Shown in pieces: positions 43,901 to 56,752 of a stretch of 64,000 nucleotides of DNA. The notes beneath the pieces were generated by a model, which was given only the letters and a program-made list of their open reading frames with translations, was not told the DNA's origin and made no database searches. Both the position numbers and the translations under genes were made by a program. Every line of letters starts with the position of its first letter. Position 1 is the first letter of the stretch. The DNA is from Adineta vaga (lineage: Eukaryota > Animalia > Rotifera), in contig CP075496.1 of assembly GCA_021613535.1 (NCBI GenBank), forward strand, positions 7,626,001 to 7,690,000. Direction: 5' to 3'.

Positions 43901-46832
43901 GCTCCTTCACATTGCTGACCACCATTTGACGGAGATGGGTTTGCACAAAGACGCTACATAGAATTCAATCATTCATTTATGAGCTCATCATCAATTCTAT
44001 GATTTTTACTTACTACACGTGATCTAGTACCATTACCACACGTACCACTACATTCTGAAAAATTTGACCAAGTTGTCCAATTACCATTGATTGGACATGA
44101 TTGTGATGAACTACAAGATGTAATATTAATAGGTGATCCTAAACAATAATTGCCACCATAGCTTGGCAAAGGATTCGTACATGTTCTAATAAATGAAGCC
44201 AAAGCAGTTTTCAATCATGAATAAATAATCAACTCAAACCTTGTTTGTACATGAACACCGGTACCACATGTAGAAGAACAGGCACTCCATGATGACCAAG
44301 CAGTATAACCACCATTTGCTAGTTATTGATAAATAAGGGAAAAACGCTTATTTCATTTCAAATCGTAAAGAATCTTACTTGCATTATATGGATTTACTTA
44401 AAAAAACCGAAGAATAAAACATAATAATCAAGATAAATAGTAGCTTTGTTTTAGCTTACCTATACAACTAACATTTGTATCACATAATTGTGTATCAATT
44501 GCTGAACCCAAACAAATACCACCATTGGATGTACCAGTACAATTACGTGTTCCTAAAAACAAACAAACAAATGACTTATAATAAACTTCTATTTTAAATC
44601 GTCCAACATACGATAGACTGTTGCTGTGCCACACGTTGCCGGACATGAAGACCAAGTTGACCATGTTGTCCAATTTCCGTCAACTATAGAAACATATTAA
44701 TATTTTTCTGATTCTTCCACTCATCAGTATACCTGGACAAATCACAGTTGTATTACATGTTGTTACATTTATTGCTTCACCAACACAACCAAAACCTACG
44801 CCAAGACATTGTCGAGTTTGATACTGATAACCAACACCACACGAGACCGAACATGCACCAAAATTAGTCCAATTACCCCAATAACCAACATCTATTCAAA
44901 TAAATATTCTGTTCTATTGTATTTTCTACAAATCGTTTTTTATTTTGTTTATATACAAACCATCACATTGATATGTATCACTATATCCCGAACAATTACG
45001 AAACTGTAGACCGTAGCCAGAACATGTCAATCCACCAGCTGTTTGATTAACACAACTACGACGACTGGCTTGTAACCCGGAAGCACAAATTGCTGAACAC
45101 GCCGAATAATTACTATAACTAGTCCATGTTCCATCAACTGCGAACAAAACAAAAAGAAACATACATAGATCAGTCATTCAAATAACATACCGGGGCAAGC
45201 TCCAGCATAGCAACTCGTTATACTAACACTGGATCCATTACAAGAAGCGGAACCTGCTCCAACATTTGATCCACTTGAACAATTTCGATAAGCCGTACGA
45301 TTTCCATTGCCACAAGTAACACTACATCCACTCCATGCTGACCAACTTGACCAAACATCTGTTCCAGGACATTCAATGTCCGTTGAACAATTAACTAACT
45401 GTACACCTGAGCCATTACAATATAAACCACCATAATCTGGCAGCGGATTTGTACAAGTACGGTATCTTATTGAAATATGATTAAATTAGAGATCGTATAT
45501 TGAAAAATGAAACTATGTTTAACTTACTGTGGCCGTGAACCATTACCACTAAAATAGAATATAACAACAAGAAAACTTTCATTATAAGAATTTGATTTAG
45601 AAATTTAACAAATCATACCAAGTTGCTGAGCATACAATCGGGATAGAATCTTCCCAATCAGACCAACCGCCGTTAACTATTAAGTGCAAAATAACAGATG
45701 CAATAATAAGAATAATACATTTCTGCTAACTAATAGAACTTACCTGGTGTCGGTAAAACACCTACAGAAAAATAAAAAATAAAAGAAGAAATATTTAGTT
45801 TCCTTTTTCGTACATTGTTTTTCTTACTCGTATTGCAAATCGTTCCTATTTGAGTAATAACACCACCGGGGTTACAGATGTAGGTAGCACATGTTCCATT
45901 CCATACTGAATTTAACTAAATCAAAACAAATATCAAATAGAATTTTAAAATTAAGGAAAAAGTAATGCATTACTGAATGATAAGCCGATGATGAATCAAC
46001 ACAGCCACAATCACATTCTCGTACACATGATCCACCGATCGTTTCACGAAAATAGCCAGGATCACATACACACCCCGTAGTTTGCATCATACAATTGGAA
46101 CTATTACGAGATTGACAAGTAACACTACAATCAGTATAATTTCTTTCGATATGACTATTGATTGGACACGATTCTATGTAGAGATTGAAATCATCTCATC
46201 AGAATTGAATCTAACTATTAATATGAAAAACTAACCAGGACAAGCAGGTAGTTCTGCACAAGATTCTGATATAACATCATTGCCATCACAAAGACCACAT
46301 GGTTGACCGCCAGATGTTAAACATTGCCGTGTTCGTAATCGGTAACCTGTATTACATGTTGACGAACATGGATATACAGTAAAATTAGTCCATGAACAAA
46401 ATGGACATAGGTTTCGTGAACAATTCATCGTTTGAACTTCATATGAAGTATTAGCAGGTAATTCCCAACATGTATTGCATGTTACTGTTGTATTTGTTGT
46501 ACAGTTTCTTGACTAGAATAAAATGTTCGATTATTGAATAAGTCAAATTCATAATCATTACTCTAATAAATGTTCCATTGCCACTAGTAAAATAGAAACA
46601 AAACAATGTTAAATCAAATTTTATTGATAAACAATAACAATTTATTTTTACTTACCAAGTGACACTGCATGCCCATGTAGTCCATGTTGTTACAGAACAT
46701 TGCTGTGAATAAACCACATCTTTACAAAAATACAAAACATCATAGTACTAATAGATATAGACATGAATTCAATTCAGATATACCAGTATACAAAACAGTC
46801 CATAATAATAGAAGGCAGACGAAAGACTTCAT
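37956..46832 (-). CDS. Large secreted thrombospondin type-1 repeat protein with two TIL domains (SCO-spondin/hemicentin-like); many short exons
   Basis: Signal peptide [16 protein letters not shown]; about 28 TSP1 repeats by manual count (VDGxWxxWxxWxxCSxTCGxG..RxRxC); TIL-like Cys modules at ~45970-46175 and ~38975-39178; last exon G|[16 protein letters not shown]. Confidence 0.88.
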
Positions 46833-47794
46833 TTGATCGAAAAGATTTATTCTAATATCGTTCCGTGGGTCCAAAAGAAATTGCGGTTCGACCTAATTCT
46901 GCTTTAATATTTGTACGTCTATGTAGAGAATAGTTGGTGTTGTTGTTATTATATGATTGAGTCAGTTGCGAGCGAGAGAAATAACAATAGAGTTGAATAA
47001 TATTTTAGATGAATTTTTAATCAACGTTATTTGTTGTCAACCTTGAACAAAAAATTAGACGGACAAAAAAATGAATAAGAAAACGAAAGAGAGAGACAGA
47101 GAGAGAGGACGAGCGGCATAAAAACGAAGAAAACAAATAAAAATATTATAGAAAAGTCGAAAAGAAAACTTTTTGATGAAATGTACTATTGTGAATCAAT
47201 TAAAAAATATCATTAGACGTGAATAATCACAATCGAACTTCGAATAAGAAGCCATTTTAAAACATTGACAATGACAGTGAGAGAAAGATCGAATGAAACC
47301 AATAAAAATCTATCTGTAGAGCTCACAATCACTTATATTACTAGTATATGTAAATAATTTATTACATATACTTTTTTCAACATTCTTCGAACAAAAAAAT
47401 TTGAAAATTTATACCTTCTATCAATTATACTTCAAGAGTAAGAGAAGAAAATTAGATTAATTTATTTTCAATTAATTATTACGAAAAGAAAATATACTTA
47501 ATCGTACATCAATTCATCATAGTTATAGTATCGTTCTAAAAAGCATCTTAAATGAAATAAATAATATTTTTTGACATTTAGTCATTATTAAAATATGTAC
47601 TTTATATTCTATTCGCAACTAAATACTCATAAGACGTTATAGTGTTCACTTTCCTTTTGCACTTCAAAAGCATTTCAAAACAATTTCAATCTGAGTTCTT
47701 AACAGCAAGTAAACTACACGTTTCTCTTATTTTTCACTTTTGTAAAGAAGCAATAAGAGCCGAAAATTCGAAACAACCCTTCGTTAAATTCATC

Positions 47795-48442
47795 ATGCAA
47801 AAACCAAACTATATCGCTTATCCAAATCAAGTCACACGACCATTTCGTCCTGTAGCACCGGCTAATTTTCAAGAAGGTTCACCACCATTTGTTAATCAAT
47901 CATTTGATCGTTTCAATGGAATACGTCAAACTATTCAGCCTTATCGATACATTTCTCGTCCATTACAACACTATCAAAGTAATCTAGGACATCCAGCACC
48001 ACGTAAACTTCCACCTCGACTTCAGTATCAACTTAAACTAATACCTCCACGACCACCTATCGAGATAGCTTATCGAAAATTTAATGAACCAAATATAAGA
48101 ATGCCAGCACCTGCATCACAAAATCCAATTAATGAAGACAATGTTAAACAGAATGAACAACATCGAAAAAGTTTTGTATATGATTTAGATAGCGATGACT
48201 CATCGAGTCATGGCAGTCAACGAATTGTAACAGAGAATATTAATCGAGGTACAAAAAGTCGAATTGATCAAGATGGATATGATATGACTAATAACAAAGA
48301 TGTACATGAAACAAAACAGCAGAAAACATTTCAATCACGAAAGAAAGAGAAATCCTTATGGAATATCGAACAAGACTCATCGGACGATGATCATTCTCAT
48401 ACATGTGGTAATCATATTCCTCAACGTCTTCATAATTCGTAA
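47795..48442 (+). CDS. Hypothetical Pro/Arg/Gln-rich, probably disordered protein (~215 aa from the first ATG)
   Basis: An 800-nt stop-free frame in ~70% AT DNA, ATG at 47795 and an AATAAA downstream; no recognisable domain. Confidence 0.55.
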   Translation: MQKPNYIAYPNQVTRPFRPVAPANFQEGSPPFVNQSFDRFNGIRQTIQPYRYISRPLQHYQSNLGHPAPRKLPPRLQYQLKLIPPRPPIEIAYRKFNEPNIRMPAPASQNPINEDNVKQNEQHRKSFVYDLDSDDSSSHGSQRIVTENINRGTKSRIDQDGYDMTNNKDVHETKQQKTFQSRKKEKSLWNIEQDSSDDDHSHTCGNHIPQRLHNS

Positions 48443-49298
48443 GAACCTTGCGAGAATAAGTGATCGATTCTATTAAACAGGAAACATATTAAGAAGGCTT
48501 TTCGTTTGATAAAAATGTATATTTTTGTGAATAAAACGTGGTAAAAATCAATCTAAAAGATTTCTTTTTTCTTTAAGGCATTTTATTACTCAAAACGTTT
48601 ATTTTAGCCTATAAAACTTCAAACCGAAATAATACTATTTCTTTACTAGATGGATGTCGTCAATATTTTTTTCTACACTATTTATATAACTGATTTATGT
48701 ACAATATTCGATGCACAAGTAAAACTAATTTTTTGTTACGCAATTTGCAGCTTGACAAAAATAAAAAATTCCAGATTGTCCTAAATAAATACTTCCAAAA
48801 TCTAGTCAATTCGCAAAAAATAACATTCAAAACAGCCACTTTCATATTACTGATGGTTGAAAGCATTATTATTATTCTCCTCCAATCAGAAGAATTATGC
48901 AAGTTTAATAGCACAGATAGCGAGCGAACATACCATTAAGTCATAATACATAAGTGTTTGTCTAACGCCCGTTACCTGTCCTTCTCATACTAGATGTTTT
49001 TGCATAATTTTCTTTTTCAAAATATCATATTTATAAAATATGTCTTTAGAGAACAGAAAAGTGACATCAATGATTGTGTTTTTTCTTTGCATCTATACCG
49101 CTACTCTTTCTTACTCACGCTGATGCATAAATTATTCTACAGGTAAAACTCCCGTCGACCCAACAACAGTCACCTAGTGGATAGCAGTGTTTACACACAT
49201 AAGTTACACCTTTCAATATTCGATCATGTTTCCTTCTTTATTTGGTAATCAAGTCAAAAAAAACTTTACAATATGTCATAGCTAATCATTATTATCCT

Positions 49299-52200
49299 CT
49301 ACATTATCGAGCATGCTCGACTTTGTGCAATCACCGGAGCACTACCAATACGTGCCAGCTTCCTCTTCTCTCCTACTTTCATCTTTTCCTCTCTCCGTAA
49401 ACTTGTCTTTGGTCGTTGCATATCGAGTAAATGCCGTCGTGGTTGAGTCGGCTCAACTTCAGGCACAGCTTGTTTCAATCGTGCGAGAATCATTTCAAAT
49501 TCTTTTCCACTCCATCTTTCTTTTCCATCACTTGGATGTCGAAAATCGATATAAGATCGTTCAGCAAATACCATTGACATCGGACCAGCTGGTGGCCATG
49601 TTTGTGTATCTTCAATCAACAGGGGAACGATCAACTTCTCCAAAGCATCAGACAAAGCCATTTCTCGTCGACAATTGATCGATTTTGTGTATTTCGGTGT
49701 TACGCATGACAAAATACATTTTGCATGACGAATACCTGTGTCAATCTTTTCAAACAGTGAATCACCGCCACCCATCTGAAAAATATCTAACCAACAACGA
49801 TAACCAAGCTTCGTTAACTTCTTGTACAAGATGACAATCTCTTTTTGACAATCCCACTGATACGAGATCATGACTTGTGGATGAGTGACGACCAGTAGCG
49901 TATCATCATCATCGTCGTTCTTGTCTTTCTTCTCATCTTTTGTCGTCGTCGTCTTCGTCGTCGTCGCTGGTTCAGTTTTAGTACTCTGCGTGGTGGTGAT
50001 CGTCGTCGATGGTGGTGCAGTCGAAGGTGTTGGCTGAAGAAAGATCAGATTATCAACACGAGGTACAAACCAATTGCGATACTGGTCACCAATCATGTCT
50101 GGATCAGGTGCAACGTGATAACGAATTTGACCCAGCAATTCAGTGAACTTATCAGCTGGCCAATAGTCTTCATCGTTCGCTTTTCGATCAAAGAATCGGA
50201 TGTACAAGTATTCACTCATGATCGGTCCCAGAGCACCTTCGGGTGGCCACGTTTGCTTTTCCATTTGTAGAGGAATCAATGGTTTGCCTGTACTGATCGT
50301 GAGATGGACTTCACGTGAACAATTGTCGGATTGTGCATACTTTTTGTTCAAACAACAGACAACAACTTTTGCACCACGAATACCAGCATCGATCTTTGCA
50401 AACAGTTTATCACCACCACCCATTTCACCTGTGTCCATCCAACAAGCGTAACCAGCTTGTTCGAGATGTGATTTTAGTCGAGTAACAGCTTTTTGCGAAC
50501 CCCACTGATACGAGAGAAACACAGGCGGCAGTCGCTTGATATCAATGTCGAGATCATCAGGAATGAGTTGACCAGCAGTTGCCATTGCTTTTCGAATGAT
50601 ATCTTCGACGTCTTGTCGACCGATTTCGTTGAGCATTTTTACTAATCCATATGTTGCTTCATCTGCTTTGTGTGTCATATACCATTCATTGAGTAATGAC
50701 ATCGACGGATCTAATTGCATAGTCCAATGTTTGAGTTCACTTGTGGAATATCCAAAACGTTTGCCAAGTAGTCGCCAATCATTTGAAGCACGAACATTGA
50801 GAAGTCGACATGCTTCGTGACCCCATTCTGATGGTACATAACTCAATGTCTTTGCGTCGATACGTTCAATATCGCGAGCTTGAGACTGAACTTGTTCGTT
50901 GAGTTGAATGATGTTTGTATCGACGACATCGACTCGTGCATCCAAATTAGTCATCTATGTATACGAATAAGAGAAAAAAAAGCATAATTATTGATGATGA
51001 AGGAAATGTTGACGTATTAGTTGTATGTCATCTCGAACTGTTTGTATCTGAGACACTATAGCATCTAGTCGATTCTCGATTCGATCCAAATAATTAATGA
51101 GAACATCATTAGTGGTAGTTGTAGAATCAGGTTGATGGAGATTAAGTGATGAGGAGGCGTGAGCTAGAGAATGGTGAGCAGTCATGGTCTAGAAATGTGC
51201 AACAAACATCAATGAGTTCTACACTCGAAACTGGCTCAAAGTAACAATTGAAACTGAGAGGAAGAGGTACTTACATGTAGTTCTTGTCGTTTCACTAGTT
51301 TCGTTATATTGTTAACATTCTTCTCAGTATGAACAACACGTTCTTCGATTTGAGACATTTCATCCAATGTTCGATTCAGTGTCGCTTGATGTTCTTCGCT
51401 CATCTTATTTCCATCAATCATATCGAGCAACATTCGACATGCTGAGTTCGATTCAAACTCCAACAAATCATCACGTTTATTGGCAAGAATCGTTTTATGT
51501 CGAATGCCAATCAGTTGACATGTGTGAAATATGTATGAACATAGATCAGCAGAGATGTTCTTTGTATTTTTGATTAAATCGATCAACAATGTGAGATACT
51601 CATCAGCTGCTTGTTCACCATTGATGATGGTTGATGCCACGAGATATTGTTGCAGACAAGTGAATGCTTCGAATGTTTGTTGTTGCTGGGAAACGAGAAG
51701 AATGAGTTGTTGTCGATGTTTGTCGAAGAGATGTGGTTGTGTGCTGGCAACATGGCTGAGTAATCGGCAGATAGTTTGAGTTGTATTCGGTTGATGATAA
51801 ATGTCGATGGAGGTGAATAAATAGTCGATTTGTGATTCGGTGATGATGTGTGGATGTGATTTGAGAATAATATCGAGAAGTGATGCGATGGTCGGAAGAT
51901 GCTGTGCATTGTTGTCGAAAAGAAGATGAATAAGATCGTTGAGTCGATGATGAAATGGTTGTGGATGTTTCGCGTATATTGTCTAAATAGATATGAAAGA
52001 AATGATTTTACCAAATAGGAAGTTATGAAACTATCAAACTTCACTATGTTAGTCTATATGCTAGTTGTACGTGTTGAAAGAAGAATATGAATACAGAGTC
52101 AAATATAGATGTTGTAAGGAAAGAATCTAACGTTATATCTTTCTCAGAGAATTGTTAGATTAGGTATGTAACAACCTGATATAATGGGAGATTTGATTGA

Positions 52201-55145
52201 ACTATCTATATTTGAAGCTAGAATAGTTCGTTGTGAAACAACTTCGTTAGGTGTCATATAAGACCGATAATCTGAACGCTGGCTTAACCAATTCATATTG
52301 AATTTTGGAAAATCTATTGAGACACATCGTGGAAAAGGTATTCCTGATGATATTTTATGCGTCTATGCTTAAAGGTCTTCAGCAAACTACTACTACGTCA
52401 AGTAACAAACAAACTATTATACATCATTTTTCAAGTTTTTTAAAGCTACAATCAATCCAATACTAAACATCATAAATTCATTTAATGCCATCTACGCATC
52501 AAATATTGAAAAAGATGATACTTACATAGAGTATTGCTATCATCATCATCTGCTTGTGATCGATTATTTCTTTAAGAAACTGTTCACTGTGTTCAGCCGC
52601 CATAGTTGGAAATTTCAGTCCCACAATAATCCAGAACGTAGTCCACCATGAATGTATGCTATCCTCATTTTCATCATATATCAACTCAAATAAACGATCC
52701 ACACATCTCTCATATGCACGAGCATCATTCTCATTATCAATACATGGTCCCATTGCAAACCATATAACCAAAGCTGTATAATGTTCCGTCGTTGGCAAAC
52801 CACTTTCATTGTGCAACGGACAGTTCAATGCTGACAAACAGTATCTCGCTAACTCTTCGTGCATAATAGTCGGAAAAGGTTTCAGTGGTTGCAAACATCG
52901 TCTCAGTAGTTTGCCAAGAACCTGTGAACAAACAGCAATACATGGCAAACGTTTTAGTTGTAGACAGTACAGTATACATACCCTCAAAAACTGCTCATAA
53001 TGTGATTCAACAACATATTTGTCATCATCGACACTGTCCACATGTTTCTGAAGAATGCTAATGAGTTGACGACATATATCGACCGTCATTTGTTTTTCGT
53101 CGACGAGTTCTGTCATTGGTTCACCCATTGTATACACATGTTTTGGATACGCTTGTCCATTATCGATATTGATAGGTGATGACCACTTGAGAACTGCTTC
53201 TAAAGCTGGTTGATGCGTTGCTCGGAGCATCGATGGGTTTGTTGTTGCTCGATCATGAATTAATTTGAGCATACCATCTAGATTGTCTAATTCAGAATTT
53301 GTTGAACTGACTATAATCTGATCGTATGCGCTGCATGATTGGATGAGATGAGTAAGTTGTTGATCCAGTTGCTTCCATGGATAAAACTCACTTATACTTA
53401 ACAGACGTTTCGCACAACTAGGAGCTTCGATAACAGTCAGATCAACAATTGCCACTATGAGATCAAAGCAACTATTTCCAAGTTTCTTGTTTAGCTTCTT
53501 TTTCGTGAGTTCATATGACAGTGGTGAGACAAGATGTTTACAAAAAGAAGATCGACATTCGAGATCGACTACTGATGAGCACATACGAATGAAAGTTTGG
53601 ATGAGTTCTTCGAGATTTGTGATTAAGTCGAAGTGGGGAGCAATGACATGAGAGAAGAAACATTCTGCTTCTTTGAAGAGGTTGTGCGAAACAAGTTTTT
53701 CGATGGCTACATAGATTTGAGATGGATCGTTTTTGAATAAATCTGGATGTTGTTGAAGTGATTTTGCAAGAAGACTAACATATTTTGGAGAGACAGGTGG
53801 TGCGATTGCAGCTGATATGTGCTGCTGTGCATCGGTCGGCGATGTAAACATGTCGAATAGTGTCGGAAACGTTCGTTCAATAATGCATGAAATTTCCAAC
53901 CAAATTGTCGATTGATGAAAATTTTGAGCAGCGTTTCTTCGAAATGAATAGACATGTATTCATCAATAGGAGTATAGGTGAGGGTAACAAGTATTTCAAA
54001 AAGATATCTTTGATCTAGGTATGTCGATTGCTATGAATTAGGTTATTACAAGCTGTAAGAACTATCGTTTTCCAACGAATTTCTATAAAGTTAATCACAA
54101 AAACTCAATGAAATATACCTCACAAAGGAAAATATGTTTAAAATATGTAACATAGGATAATTAGAACAAAACAAAAGATATAAAAACATCCATTCATAGA
54201 AATTTTTCACAATTGTGAAAATATAAGTTGTAAAATGATGGAATACTTGCTTGTATGAACTTCACATAGTCAAATTAGATAAAAAAAAATAAACTTTGTA
54301 TACATGACCTGTTCACTTGCAGTAATGAATTTAAGAAGCTGATATCATAGCCCCATTAAATTTTAACTATTGTGAGCTATCTACGATTTCATTCAATATT
54401 TGGAACTCTGCATATTAATTCTCACGTTGCTAACAGTATTATCAACATAAAAATTCTTTATAACATCACGTATTTCTACTTAAAGTACACTTCAATTAAC
54501 TATTTAACAATATCAACACTCTTACAGTGATAAACGATCAACAAAATGTTTGGCTGTATGATAAAATTACCTGTAGAATTGTTGATAACTACTTCTCATT
54601 ATCATCATTGTTTCTAATTTGTTTAATTTATTCACATCAGAACTTATCGGTGAAAACATGCCTCTTGTTAGAAAATATTTCCATTGTTCTTCCACTTTAA
54701 CATCACAATTCTTCTTTGAAAATTCATGTTTTTGCAAACAAAGAAGAATCTTTTCCATTAAATCAACACATCCATCGTTGCACAAACGTTCGCCCAATCG
54801 ATATGTATAATATACTTTTTCAATCAGTCGCAAATTGAGCATCTTATTTGTGTCTGGTACATCTAATAAATGACAAAATATTCGAACTAATTCATCGTTC
54901 GACGGTAACGGACCATTAGACAGTGTCTTCAAAGTTACATCAATAAAAGTCAGCTTGATGTTTGCACACTGTTCATTATCGGCTGCGACATAATCAGTGA
55001 GAGCATCTAAAGATTTGATTTTAAATGATGGTTGATCAGTTTCTGAAATATTGATTGATAATTTATGGAATTGATCGAATATAGCAGGCCATTGACTTTC
55101 GAGTTGGTCATTATCATGAGGAAGCTGTCGAATAAGAACATCCAT
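49299..55145 (-). CDS. Helical-repeat / coiled coil / Death / TIR / TIR / CaaX protein, copy A (exons ~55145-54570, ~53936-52526, 51982-51275, 50954-49299)
   Basis: Death-fold segment DWRLLGKRFGYSTSELKHW..SLLNEW..LVKMLNEIGRQDV; TIR_2-type domains VFLSYQW..WMDTGEMGGGD..SDNCSREV and VMISYQW..WLDIFQMGGGD..SINCRREM; C-terminus CSIM*. In-phase GT-AG junctions link the upstream ORFs; the exon 1-2 junction is the least certain. Confidence 0.85.
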
Positions 55146-56752
55146 ATTTTCTATACCCTAGGATTGGAAAGAAAATTAAAAAACTTCTAGTTAATGTCAA
55201 TAAAAACGTCGACAAAGAGAAAGCAGGTATCAGCGTAACTTCGTAGGGAAGAAAGAAAAATATTATTACCACTATAGTCTAGGTGACGACGAAGAAAAAG
55301 AACTCTTTTTTTCTTCGTCAAGAAAAAATAAGTTTTTATCTATCAACATGTTTTTCTTTGTTCTCAGAGTATATCTTGTGACAACATACATATACAAATA
55401 CTTTTTTAAAAGATCGAGTAAAGAACTGATATCGTGAAATATATATAAATATGTATATAAGAACTTGAGAGATTAAGCACAATATAAATATGTAAGTTTT
55501 ATACCGAACTTATTTTAATATCTCATTCATAATTATGATTTTAATGCAAACTAAAAATATAGTTGTTTAGTTGATATCATATAGAAATAAATCATTTACT
55601 TCAAAATTAAATTTAATAAATGCATCAACATCGGAACTAGAATTAGTTTTTCGAAAGAGAAGTAGTCCATTGACATAATTATATTGCGATATAGCCATTA
55701 TTATGAGACTGGTGTGCAAGATAAATAAACCATGAATTAGAAGAAGTTATAATTTCTTGCTAATTTTTTTCAATTGAATGATGAAATTGTAATTATTTGG
55801 TACAAAAAGATGGACAAGGGATAACTGATTTTCAACAGAAAATTACAATACAGAAACGACTTGATATAAACAATCTGACAATTTTTGTAATAAACATAAA
55901 TTTTGCTAAAATATTCACATAAAAATCGATAACAATATTACGATAAACATTGTTCCGATGATAGACGAAACTATCACCATTTTTCAAGAAAATAATTATA
56001 AATGCATTCATACTACTATACGATAACAAGGAAAACATATATCCATCATTCCTGCTGAAGAATACAGGTTTAAATCTACATATATTCCAGTTTTATGGTA
56101 AAATTAGCTTTTAACGAAAACAACATCCATATTGTACTTTCATTTATAGTTGACTATTAGAAAGTCGCATATGTATGCCATAAAAACACTCTACATTGAA
56201 ATCAATCGTATTTTTGTTTTCGACTGAATATTTAAGTTACTCTATTTATCACCACAGATTACCGACAGTTTTCTTTTCATATTAGAAACATTGACAGCTA
56301 ATGATATTGGTTTTAAATTAAGATATTTCCACAGACAAAGCACAATTTGAAAACATCCAATAATCTTCTCAATACATGATCTCAGAAATATTTATTCATA
56401 ATTCAGTTTGACAGTACTTAAGAAACTCAAAGTAGAGTATTTCTTTATCATTAATTATATTTATTTATTAAGTGCATTTAATTCATGGTAACTTCCCTTT
56501 GTGACTGTTTCAAAAAGCTTGTTATCCTTACTTAACTAACTTCATCGAATGAACAGGCTCACTAATTTTTTTATTGAAGTTCAAGCACATGCATGCTGCA
56601 GAGACTACTCTCCTCGTGTACTAACGATTAAATCGACAGTAATGTTCTTCCATACGTAGTGTATCGATTCAACTGCAAATATGTATCATCATTTATTTTT
56701 TATGAAATTAGAAAAAATTTTACAGTATGTCATAGCTAATCATTATTATCCT

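Noticed and set aside
38053-46700. CRISPR-like or satellite periodicity (recurring ccaccatcaac / ccacatgt motifs)
   Set aside because: The periodicity comes from TSP1 codons (VDGGW, TCG), not from identical repeats with spacers.
49313-50820. Plus-strand ORFs duplicated at 56767-57905 and other ORFs opposite the TIR genes
   Set aside because: Antisense frames of long coding exons, with no independent domain or splice evidence.
53707-54015. Coding-looking frame (DQRYLFEILVTLTYTPIDEY.. / MSIHFEETLL..) overlapping the start of exon 2 in TIR copy A
   Set aside because: It is out of frame with the exon conserved in copy B and has no counterpart there. An extra exon cannot be excluded without transcripts.
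55200-56750. Spacer between the TIR copies, including ORF 55832-56038
   Set aside because: No recognisable coding, RNA or repeat signal; treated as UTR and promoter sequence.
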